A DNA stretch of 64,000 nucleotides. Source: Nanobdellota archaeon. GTDB taxonomy: Archaea > Nanobdellota > Nanobdellia > Pacearchaeales > GW2011-AR1. Numbering within the stretch: position 1 is the stretch's first letter; each line of letters starts with the position of its first letter. The position numbers and the translations under genes are program-made. The notes beneath the pieces are model-generated. The model saw only the letters and a list, made by a program, of their open reading frames with translations, searched no databases and was not told where the DNA came from. The stretch is from NCBI GenBank assembly GCA_013329055.1, contig DUKY01000013.1, positions 1,587 to 65,586 on the forward strand, read 5' to 3'. Of the stretch, positions 1 through 8,369 are shown piece after piece.

Positions 1-303
1 AATAAAATGTCCAATACCCTCGGAATAAAGAGCACCATCACCCATAAAAGCTAAAACATTCAAATTAGGATTTCCTAAAGTTACACCTAAAGCAGTAGGT
101 AAAGCACGACCATGAAGACCATAAATACCACTAATATTAAGATAATCAAAAGTTTTACCATGACAACCAATATCAGTAACCATGCATAACTCTTCATGCT
201 TAAAATTACTTAATGCCTGTTTAACACTTTCAAGAATCAAATAATTCGGACAACCAGGACACCAAGTTATTCCATAATTTGTATTTAAATTTTCTTTTTT
301 CAT
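1..303 (-). CDS. 2-oxoacid:ferredoxin oxidoreductase beta (TPP-binding) subunit, N-terminal part; runs off the window
   Basis: Own minus-strand translation from ATG at 303..301: MKKENLNTNYGITWCPGCPNYLIL..DIGCHGK..HGRALPTALGV..FMGDGALYSEGIGHF. It has the WCPGC and GDG TPP-fold motifs. The start overlaps the stop of the upstream alpha ORF (ATGA). Confidence 0.8.
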   Translation of the reverse strand, partial: MKKENLNTNYGITWCPGCPNYLILESVKQALSNFKHEELCMVTDIGCHGKTFDYLNISGIYGLHGRALPTALGVTLGNPNLNVLAFMGDGALYSEGIGHFI

Positions 304-1820
304 TTTATATTTTTCAACAACTCCTTTTTTAATTCATCTTGAGTAAAAGGTCTTCCGTCATATTTCAAAATTCTTTTATCAATTTTTAATCCGGTCTTTT
401 CACGAATCAATCTGCCTAATTGACCAGTAACATTCTGTTCAACCAAAATAACATTCTTAGCTTTTAACATTTCTTTTTTAATTTCATTAGATAAAGGCTT
501 CATATAAATAACCTGTAAAAATTTAAAATTTTCACCCTCGATAGCATCAAGAATAACAGTTTTTGTTGAACCCCAACCAATAATTAAATTTTTAGAATTT
601 TTATTTCCAAAAATTTTAATCATTTCAAATTTCTTGCAATAATCCTTCATTTTTTTATACTTTGCAATTCTGTTATCAGCACTAACTCTTGCAATCTCTG
701 CATCTTCAGTAGTATTACCAAATTTATCATGTTCATAAGAAGTAGCCTTAACAACACCCTTACCCGGAACAGCTCGTTTAACTTTAACAGATAAAATTTT
801 ATTTGGTTTTCTATCAGAACTAAACTCTGACTCTGCCAAATGCTTATCACTTAAAATAATGGATAAACAATTAAATTCCTCAGATAAACAAAATGCTTCA
901 TTAGTTTTTTCAATGCATTCAATTGGGTCCCCGGGAGCAATAACAATTCTAGGAGCTTCACCATGCCCGCCACGTAAAGCAATATCTAAATCATTTTGCA
1001 TAGTATAAGTTGGAAGACCAGTTCCAGGACCAGGCCTCGAACATAAATATAAAACTAAAGGAATTTCACTCATCCCTTGAAAACTTAATCCTTCAGTCAT
1101 TAAATCATATCCACCCCCAGAAGTCCCAACCATTGTTTTAGCACCAGTAAAACTCGCACCTAATGCTTGATTAATTGCACCAACTTCATTTTCACTTTGG
1201 AAAACCATATGCCCGGATTCAACTTGCTTAGAAGCAAGTTCATGCAATAAACCGGTTGCAGGAGTCATAGGATAAGCAATAAATAAATCCATTTTAGAAT
1301 TAATAGCACCCATACTCACAGCCTGACTACCACTTAAAATTTTAACTTGATTTTTTAACTTAACAAGATTAAATTTTCTTTCCTGAGAATCATAACCTTT
1401 TTTTGCAGCTAAGATTGATTCTTCATTATTAAATTCTTTTTGAATAATTTTTAATAAAACATCTTCTTCAAAACCTAAAACTTTCATTAATGCACCAGAC
1501 AAAGCAATATTCAAATTTCTCCCTAAACTTTCAAATTTTTTATAATCAATTATAATACCATCCTTTTTCAAATTTTTTTTATGCTCATTAACAGTGTTTT
1601 CATCCATTGCAATAATAAAATCTAACTTGCTTTCAATACTGCCAATTCTTTTATCAGAAAAACAAAGAATATTAAAATTATGTCCCCCACGAATTAAAGA
1701 AGGATAATCACGATAATTGAATGTAAAATATCCATAAGAAATTAAAACTTCTGAAACAATCTCGGAAATTTTATTAATACCCTGTCCGGCTTTACCACCA
1801 ATTAAAATATTTAGTTTCAT
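300..1820 (-). CDS. 2-oxoacid:ferredoxin oxidoreductase, fused gamma-alpha subunit
   Basis: 506 aa. The N-terminus MKLNILIGGKAGQGI is gamma-type and is followed by an alpha-type core (YPMTPATG, GASFTGAKTMVGTSGGG). It is translationally coupled to the beta subunit. Confidence 0.8.
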   Translation of the reverse strand: MKLNILIGGKAGQGINKISEIVSEVLISYGYFTFNYRDYPSLIRGGHNFNILCFSDKRIGSIESKLDFIIAMDENTVNEHKKNLKKDGIIIDYKKFESLGRNLNIALSGALMKVLGFEEDVLLKIIQKEFNNEESILAAKKGYDSQERKFNLVKLKNQVKILSGSQAVSMGAINSKMDLFIAYPMTPATGLLHELASKQVESGHMVFQSENEVGAINQALGASFTGAKTMVGTSGGGYDLMTEGLSFQGMSEIPLVLYLCSRPGPGTGLPTYTMQNDLDIALRGGHGEAPRIVIAPGDPIECIEKTNEAFCLSEEFNCLSIILSDKHLAESEFSSDRKPNKILSVKVKRAVPGKGVVKATSYEHDKFGNTTEDAEIARVSADNRIAKYKKMKDYCKKFEMIKIFGNKNSKNLIIGWGSTKTVILDAIEGENFKFLQVIYMKPLSNEIKKEMLKAKNVILVEQNVTGQLGRLIREKTGLKIDKRILKYDGRPFTQDELKKELLKNIK

Positions 1821-1904
1821 ATTTTCATTTCTCCTCTTATCAACCCTTTAAATAAAAAATCAAAAATAGTATTTAAATTTAATTGAGAATCTATTTTAAA
1901 AAAA

Positions 1905-3845
1905 TTACTTACTCAAATGATTTGCTACAACCATTTTTATTTCTTCAACAATCTCAGGATTAACCAAAGTCATTAAACCTTCAGGCTTCTCGTTATTCAA
2001 AATATCTTTTAAAATTCTACGCATTATTTTACCACTTCTGGTTTTTGGTAAATCACTAACAAAATAAATTAATTCAGGTCTTGCAGTAGGACCAATAGCT
2101 AAATCTACATGCTTCTTTAATTCTGCAATTAATTTTTCAGATCCATCCTTAGAATTTTCTAAAACAACAAATGCAACAGGGACTTCACCCTTAATTTTAT
2201 CCGGGATAGGAACAACACCGGATTCATTAACTAACTTATGATTATTTAATGCATTTTCTAATTCAGCTGTCGATAATCTATGTCCTGCAACCTTCATCAC
2301 ATCATCAGTTCTGCCGGTAATTCTAATTAACCCATTATCATAATAAGCCCCGTCGCTAGTATCATATTTATTTTTGAAACTTTTCCAGTAGGTCTTAACA
2401 TATTTTGAATGATTTTTATAAACACCGTGAAGCATACCGGGAGCAAAAGGAGAAACCTGAACAAGTTCACCAACAACACCTTGTTTTTGAATTTCCTGAC
2501 CTTTAGGATCAACAATTATATGCTTAGTTCCGGGAAAACTTCTACCGGAGATGGTTGGAACAAATGGCCCAACACCAGGTAAAACATTAATTAGAGTTCC
2601 GCCTGTTTCAGTTTGCCACCAGGTATCGATTACAGGGCATCTGCCTTTACCAATTGTATTAAAGTACCACATCCAAGCATCTTTATCAATCGGCTCTCCG
2701 ACAGTACCTAAAACCTTCAGGCTATCCATTTTAAATTTTTTAAGATGTTTATCACCAACCCTCATAAACATTCGAATTGCTGTAGGAGCAGTATAGAAAA
2801 CATTAACTTTAAATTCTTCAATAATTCTCCACCATCTTTGAAAATTCGGAAAATCAGGAGCACCTTCATAAATCAAAGTAGTCGCACCATTTAATAACGG
2901 ACCATAAAAAGCATAACTATGCCCGGTAATCCAACCAATATCAGCAGTGCACCACATAACATCGTCGTCATGCAAATTAAAATTCCATTTACTGGTCCAA
3001 TATGCTTGAACTGCATATCCCCCTGTATCATGCACAATCCCTTTAGGTCTGCCAGTAGTACCACTAGTATAAAGAATGAATAATGGATCTTCAGAATTCA
3101 TTATTTCGGGTTTGCAATATGAATCAGCTTTTTCCAACACTTCATCAAAATCTAAAAATTTTCTTCCAAAAATTCTCTTGCCGATTCTATTCACAACAAT
3201 AACTTTTTCTATAGTTGTACCTTTTACTGCATTTTTTGCTTTGCCAAATAACTCAGATTTTTCACCCCTTCGATAATAACCATCAGCAGTAACTAACACT
3301 TTAGCCTTACCGTCAAGAATCCTCGTTTTTAATGCCTCTGCAGAAAATGCAGAAAATACAACAGAATGAATTGCACCTAATCTTGCACACGCAAGCATAG
3401 TAACCAATGCTTCAGGAATTAACGGCAAATATACTGAAACAACATCACCTTTTTTTACACCTAAACCTTTTAACACATTCGCAAACTTATTTACTTTATC
3501 ATAAAGTTCTGCATAAGTTAATTTTATCGGTTTTTCATTAATCGGTTCAGGAACCCAAATTAAAGCAGTTTTATTACCTTTATCTAAATGTCTGTCAACA
3601 GCATTAACACAGAAATTTAATTTTCCACCTTTAAACCAATTAAAATAAGGTAACTTTTCTTCATAAGTTTGATTCCATTCTTTTTCCCAGGTTAAACCCT
3701 CTCTTGCTAAATTCCCCCAAAAATTAATAGGATCTTTTTTAGCATCGCTATAAATTTTATCATCACTTACCCAAGCTATATCTTTCATATCTTTGCTTGG
3801 AACATACTTGCCACCCTCTTTAATTACATATTTTTTTGTTCTCAT
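1905..3845 (-). CDS. acs: AMP-forming acetyl-CoA synthetase
   Basis: 646 aa with the AMP-binding signature YTSGTTGRPKG, WWQTETGG and C-terminal PKTRSGKIMRR. Confidence 0.9.
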   Translation of the reverse strand: MRTKKYVIKEGGKYVPSKDMKDIAWVSDDKIYSDAKKDPINFWGNLAREGLTWEKEWNQTYEEKLPYFNWFKGGKLNFCVNAVDRHLDKGNKTALIWVPEPINEKPIKLTYAELYDKVNKFANVLKGLGVKKGDVVSVYLPLIPEALVTMLACARLGAIHSVVFSAFSAEALKTRILDGKAKVLVTADGYYRRGEKSELFGKAKNAVKGTTIEKVIVVNRIGKRIFGRKFLDFDEVLEKADSYCKPEIMNSEDPLFILYTSGTTGRPKGIVHDTGGYAVQAYWTSKWNFNLHDDDVMWCTADIGWITGHSYAFYGPLLNGATTLIYEGAPDFPNFQRWWRIIEEFKVNVFYTAPTAIRMFMRVGDKHLKKFKMDSLKVLGTVGEPIDKDAWMWYFNTIGKGRCPVIDTWWQTETGGTLINVLPGVGPFVPTISGRSFPGTKHIIVDPKGQEIQKQGVVGELVQVSPFAPGMLHGVYKNHSKYVKTYWKSFKNKYDTSDGAYYDNGLIRITGRTDDVMKVAGHRLSTAELENALNNHKLVNESGVVPIPDKIKGEVPVAFVVLENSKDGSEKLIAELKKHVDLAIGPTARPELIYFVSDLPKTRSGKIMRRILKDILNNEKPEGLMTLVNPEIVEEIKMVVANHLSK

Positions 3846-4030
3846 ATTTTCATTTCTCCTCCTTTAATGCGTTTGCTTGAAGATTGCACTGCAATCAAAA
3901 GTCAGAGATTTTAATCTCTTAATCTTCAAAACTTTTACCCCAAATCTTATAGATAAAGGTTAGTTTTGAAACTAAATTTACACCCCTCAATAATACTAAA
4001 AAAGAATTCTTTATAAAAGTTTTGCAAAGA

Positions 4031-4351
4031 TTAAATTTTTTCTAAATTATTTAATTTAATCCTATCTCCTAAAACAGAACAATTAGCCTCAATTTCACCA
4101 TCTTCATTATATCTCAACTCTGTTAAAGCACAAGAGATATTCTCAGAATTAAATTTCTTTTTACAAATAATATTACCTACTTTATATGAATTTTTCCCTG
4201 AACAAATTTCAAGATTTAATCTTCTTGCATAATCGCAATACGGAACAACAGAGGTAAATTCTCCTATTCCCTCCTTAAATTCATCAAATGCATATGAATC
4301 AAAAAATTTCATAAAGAATAAGACTTTGATTGGCTTTATAAAGATTTGCAT
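4031..4351 (-). CDS. hypothetical protein
   Basis: ORF only, with no recognisable motif. The true start may be the internal MKFFDSY. Confidence 0.3.
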   Translation of the reverse strand: MQIFIKPIKVLFFMKFFDSYAFDEFKEGIGEFTSVVPYCDYARRLNLEICSGKNSYKVGNIICKKKFNSENISCALTELRYNEDGEIEANCSVLGDRIKLNNLEKI

Positions 4352-4413
4352 CTTAAAAGATCAATTAAATCACATCCCACAATCTTTTTATACCCCGTAA
4401 AATTCGAAGGATT

Positions 4414-5082
4414 ATGGAATTAATACTCGGGATTGACGATGCAGGAAGAGGCCCCGTAATAGGACCTATGATTATGGCAGGATGTTTAATGGATAAAAAT
4501 ACAGAATCAAAATTAAAAAAATTAGGGATTAAAGATTCAAAACAATTAACACAAAAAAGAAGAGAAATATTATCTGAGAAGATCAAAGAAGAAATTGAAA
4601 CATTTGAAATTGTCCTTTCTAAACCAATAGAAATTGATTATCATCTAAATACAGAAGGAACAAACCTTAATAACCTTGAAGCAAACATGGTCGCAGAGAT
4701 AATTAATAGAATTAACAAGGGGTATACAAAAATAAGAGTAGTAATTGATTGCCCGTCAACAGGAATAAAAAAATGGAATGATCTATTAAAAACAAAAATA
4801 AAAAATCTTTCTAATCTCGAGATTAGTTGCGAGCATAAAGCAGATGAAAACCACATAGCAGTTTCAGCAGCATCAATATTAGCAAAATGTGTCAGGGAAG
4901 AAGAAATGCAAAAACTCAGAGAAAAATACGGAGACGAAATTGGGTCAGGATATACTTCTGATCCTTCAACACAGCAATTCTTAAAAAAACATGCAAAAAA
5001 ATATAACGACGACGGCATTTTCAGAAAATCATGGGCAACATGGAAAAATGCTAATAATTCATTAAATCAAAAAACTTTATAA
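4414..5082 (+). CDS. rnhB: ribonuclease HII
   Basis: The N-terminal GIDDAGRGPVIGPM catalytic motif and the SAASILAK segment are typical of RNase HII. Confidence 0.85.
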   Translation: MELILGIDDAGRGPVIGPMIMAGCLMDKNTESKLKKLGIKDSKQLTQKRREILSEKIKEEIETFEIVLSKPIEIDYHLNTEGTNLNNLEANMVAEIINRINKGYTKIRVVIDCPSTGIKKWNDLLKTKIKNLSNLEISCEHKADENHIAVSAASILAKCVREEEMQKLREKYGDEIGSGYTSDPSTQQFLKKHAKKYNDDGIFRKSWATWKNANNSLNQKTL

Positions 5083-5092
5083 TTCTCAAATT

Positions 5093-5632
5093 ATGATAGA
5101 TTTATTTTACCCTTCAAAAAGAATATTGGAAACAATTTGTGATGAAGAAATACCAATTACAACATATACCTTATTCCAAAAAGGAATGAAAAAAGAACAG
5201 GAAGAAAAACTTATGAAATCATTTCTAACAGGTCTTATTTATCAGATAGCAGAGAATTATAATTATAGTGCAAAAATTAATCAAATAGATACAGGAAAAA
5301 TTTTATCTGTTCCAATGGAAGCAATTAGAAATTGCTATTCTCATAATCCAGAACAAATTGAACCAATAAAATTTGGTTTATTCATGGGATCAAAAGGTAT
5401 TTGCTATGGATTTCAGGATTCAGGAGATTATTTTAAATCAGAACATACAAAAAGAATTTACGAAAATAAAATACCAATAATAAAAAATCAAAGTATTGAA
5501 AATGGACTTCAAAGATTTCGAGTAGGTGTAACTAATTTTTTATATCCCTATTCAGACTTAATTGAAGTTGATACAAAAAAAGGAGTACTATATTGCATTC
5601 AATTAAAAGAATCTATAGAAATTATTAAATAA
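5093..5632 (+). CDS. hypothetical protein
   Basis: 179-aa ORF following rnhB with a 10-nt gap. No motif recognised. Confidence 0.35.
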   Translation: MIDLFYPSKRILETICDEEIPITTYTLFQKGMKKEQEEKLMKSFLTGLIYQIAENYNYSAKINQIDTGKILSVPMEAIRNCYSHNPEQIEPIKFGLFMGSKGICYGFQDSGDYFKSEHTKRIYENKIPIIKNQSIENGLQRFRVGVTNFLYPYSDLIEVDTKKGVLYCIQLKESIEIIK

Positions 5633-5784
5633 AAATATGATTTTAATTCAGAAAGTTTCTATATAAACGAATTTATAATTCAAAAAATAAGAAGACTGAT
5701 TAATTCTTCAGTAGTAACAATATCGAAAGTTTTATAAAGTCAATAACGATATGAAAAATATAATTAAAATATTAAAAAAATAAA

Positions 5785-6078
5785 ATGTTAGAATTTAAAA
5801 TAAAAAATGCATCTGAATGGAAAGGCACAAACTTATGTGAAGCAATATTAACGACAATTGGAGAATTAAACAGATTTCATAATACGAATAAAACCTCTAA
5901 ATGTCAAATAGAAGGATGCAGTGGACCCAATCTTTATCTTGCAACAAAAGAAGATATTAAAAATTCATTAAGACAACATCCAGAATATAATTCCGAAAAA
6001 ATTTATCAATGTTTAACAGAAATTGAAAAAGATGATTTAGTTACAAAACATTGGACTGGCGGATATTTACTCAATTAG
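5785..6078 (+). CDS. hypothetical protein
   Basis: 97-aa ORF with no motif recognised. Confidence 0.3.
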   Translation: MLEFKIKNASEWKGTNLCEAILTTIGELNRFHNTNKTSKCQIEGCSGPNLYLATKEDIKNSLRQHPEYNSEKIYQCLTEIEKDDLVTKHWTGGYLLN

Positions 6079-6669
6079 TTTTATTTTATCACCCAATATT
6101 AATAATGCTTGATTATCTGTTAAAGGGATAACATTATATTTTTTCTTAAAATCGTCAATTATTGATTTATCTTCTAAACAGTAATGAGGAGAAATGACAA
6201 AATCAACTAAATTTAATCCAGTTAAATCCGTCAAATTTATATCATTTTCATCAAAAGGTTTTGCAATTTCAATATTCGGACAAACTAAAATACTCCCGGC
6301 ACTCACACCAAAATATAATTTTCCAAGTGCTACAAATTTCTTTATTACTTTATCAAATCCACTTTCTCTAATTTTTTTTAATAAATAAAAAGTATTTCCT
6401 CCACAAACATAAATCATATCAAAATCTTTTACATCTTCAAATAAAACAGGTTTATCAAGATTAATAATTCTTAAATTTGTTTTAAAAATACCAATTTCAA
6501 AAAGTTCTTTTTTAGATTCTTCGACGTATTTTAATTCTTCTTGGCTCCTTGCAGCAGTCGGAACAAAAAGAATTTTAATTTGGGAAATTGGTTTATCTAT
6601 CAATTTATTAAATTGATTAATTATATTTTCATTTGCAAATCCTGTAGACGTTAAAAGTAATTTTTTCAT
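6067..6669 (-). CDS. peptidase E-like (S51 family) protein
   Basis: MKKLLLTSTGF N-terminus, VCGGNTFYLL and GVSAGS (candidate nucleophile Ser) resemble dipeptidase E. Confidence 0.55.
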   Translation of the reverse strand: MKKLLLTSTGFANENIINQFNKLIDKPISQIKILFVPTAARSQEELKYVEESKKELFEIGIFKTNLRIINLDKPVLFEDVKDFDMIYVCGGNTFYLLKKIRESGFDKVIKKFVALGKLYFGVSAGSILVCPNIEIAKPFDENDINLTDLTGLNLVDFVISPHYCLEDKSIIDDFKKKYNVIPLTDNQALLILGDKIKLIE

Positions 6670-6764
6670 ATAAATTATCTCAAATCAAATTATTTAAAAC
6701 TTTGGAAGGAAGAATTTTCTAAAAATTTCCTCAAAATCATCTTAGTCAACTAATAATTGACAAT

Positions 6765-6983
6765 TCATTTCTTTTTATTTACTAGAAAATCTATTACATA
6801 TCCAAGACTACAAGCACCAAAATAAACAAATAAAATTGCTATAATTGGATATCCAATTTGGATAAATAATATAGAAGAAGAATAAAAACCTAGATTAAAA
6901 TAATTCTTTATATAAACTAAAAGTAAAATTAAAAAAAGAATTATTTTACTTTTACTATTAAGTTTTATTATTTCCAAATCCAT
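6765..6983 (-). CDS. small membrane protein
   Basis: 72 aa with two hydrophobic segments. Confidence 0.3.
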   Translation of the reverse strand: MDLEIIKLNSKSKIILFLILLLVYIKNYFNLGFYSSSILFIQIGYPIIAILFVYFGACSLGYVIDFLVNKKK

Positions 6984-7017
6984 AATCCTCTAAAGTTTAC
7001 CTCCCTTATAATTTTAT

Positions 7018-7367
7018 GTGATATCCAAGAAGGCTCAAAAAGATATCACCCTTCCATGTTTCGAAGAGATTCAAAAAGAACCAAGGGGTTCACATTCTAT
7101 GTGGCATCCACAGAGGCTCCGAAAGTTTACACTTGCATAATATTCTGAAAGCAAATTTTAAAAGTCGCAAGTGTGGGCTTGAGTTTAAAGATACCACCGA
7201 ACCGCAATTTAAGGAGATTCAAAAGAAACCAGCAGGTGTCTTTTACGCACGACAACATCAATTTCAAAAAACATAATTGTCGTGCTTGTGGCATTTACGA
7301 AGGCTCAACAAAATGCCACCGCTCCACAATTCGAGGAGATTCAAAAAGAACCAACGGGTTCTTTTTA
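7018..7367 (+). repeat. mosaic structured repeat block: A, an A interrupted by module C, B, A
   Basis: Hairpins gtgatatc/gatatcac (7019-7026/7042-7049) and gtggcattt/aaatgccac (7289-7297/7312-7320). Module C (7121-7185) sits between the halves gtggcatc (7102-7109) and gataccac (7191-7198). Module B is the gcacgacaa..ttgtcgtgc hairpin at 7246-7286. The block is near-identical to parts of 15124-15670 and 44326-44827. Confidence 0.9.
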
Positions 7368-8213
7368 TCCGAATATCAACCCAGCAATTGCCGAAATAAA
7401 GAAAGACATAAACATCAACCAGAAAGAATGTTTAACACCAGACTTAACTCCACCACCGGAAAGTTTACCTATCGCAAGACCACTAAAAAAACCTTGCACT
7501 AATAACAGATATAAAAATGAACCAGTAAAAGATTCACCTTGTGAACCATTACCACCAGCAACATTCGGGCTACTCAAACCTTGATTAGTAATATCACCGG
7601 TAAATGCAATACCTTCAACCAAAGGTAAAATTTTAAATTGCATAACCAAAATAATAATTGTAAAAACAAAAAAGATAATATAACCTTGAACAACTAATGC
7701 AGAAATATTTGCTTCTCTTTCTTTTCTCAACTTATCTGAAGTATTAACAGCACCAGCAACAGCCTCTAAAATTTCGCCAATATCTCCCCCAGCCCTTTCA
7801 GCCTGACCAATTAAAGTTATTGAACGAGAAATTGATTTATTCCCAATATCATCTGCAAAAGTCTTAAACGCAGTATTTAATGCAATACCCAAAAGGATTT
7901 GATTAGCTAATTTTTTAACATGTGGACTCAAAACACCATAAGACTTATCTTTAACATTAGTAATACTTTTACTAATAGGATTTCCAGCCTTAACACTTTC
8001 AACTAAATTCCTCGCGAATTCTAAAAACATTTGTTCTTTTTCCCGCTCAACACGAGTTTCATACATAATTCCCAATACAAAAGGCAAAACACCAACTAAA
8101 ACCGCAACACCCATCAAAACAAAAAAAGCTTTAGTCTCCATAAGATAAACAGCTAAAGCTAAGATTAAAATTGAACTTCCTATAGCGACCCAATGTATTG
8201 CGGTTGTTTTCAT
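7365..8213 (-). CDS. type IV pilus/archaellum platform protein, FlaJ/PilC-like T2SS-F domain (second half)
   Basis: 282 aa, polytopic, with one T2SF-like domain (..SISRSITLIGQAERAGGDIGEIL..). The last codons, FG-stop, lie inside the repeat block. Confidence 0.65.
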   Translation of the reverse strand: MKTTAIHWVAIGSSILILALAVYLMETKAFFVLMGVAVLVGVLPFVLGIMYETRVEREKEQMFLEFARNLVESVKAGNPISKSITNVKDKSYGVLSPHVKKLANQILLGIALNTAFKTFADDIGNKSISRSITLIGQAERAGGDIGEILEAVAGAVNTSDKLRKEREANISALVVQGYIIFFVFTIIILVMQFKILPLVEGIAFTGDITNQGLSSPNVAGGNGSQGESFTGSFLYLLLVQGFFSGLAIGKLSGGGVKSGVKHSFWLMFMSFFISAIAGLIFG

Positions 8214-8369
8214 TTTTTTTTTGTTTCCTCACTCCGTTAAAAATGAAAATTAGAAATTTCTAATTTCTTTATTTTCATTTTTTTTATTGTTTCCTCATTC
8301 AATAAAAATGAAAGCTAAAAATTTTTTCAAAAATTTTTTTGTTTTCATTTTTTTTCTTGTTTCCTCTTT
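8214..8369 (-). promoter_or_regulatory. triplicated ribosome-binding/start region with two mini-ORFs
   Basis: On the minus strand GAGGAAACAA-N-AAAAAAAATGAAAA occurs three times. The ATGs are at 8348 (17 codons, MKTKKFLKKFLAFIFIE), 8278 (13 codons, MKIKKLEISNFHF) and 8213 (the real gene, MKTTAIHW). Confidence 0.6.

Noticed and set aside
4365-4586. ORF 4365..4586 (-), upstream of and overlapping rnhB
   Set aside because: It overlaps the well-supported RNase HII N-terminus on the opposite strand, and no motif was recognised.
7173-7584. ORFs 7173..7502 and 7282..7584 (+)
   Set aside because: They lie in the mosaic repeat block and run antisense into the 3' end of the FlaJ-like gene. They are the same phantom reading frames as in the tandem array.
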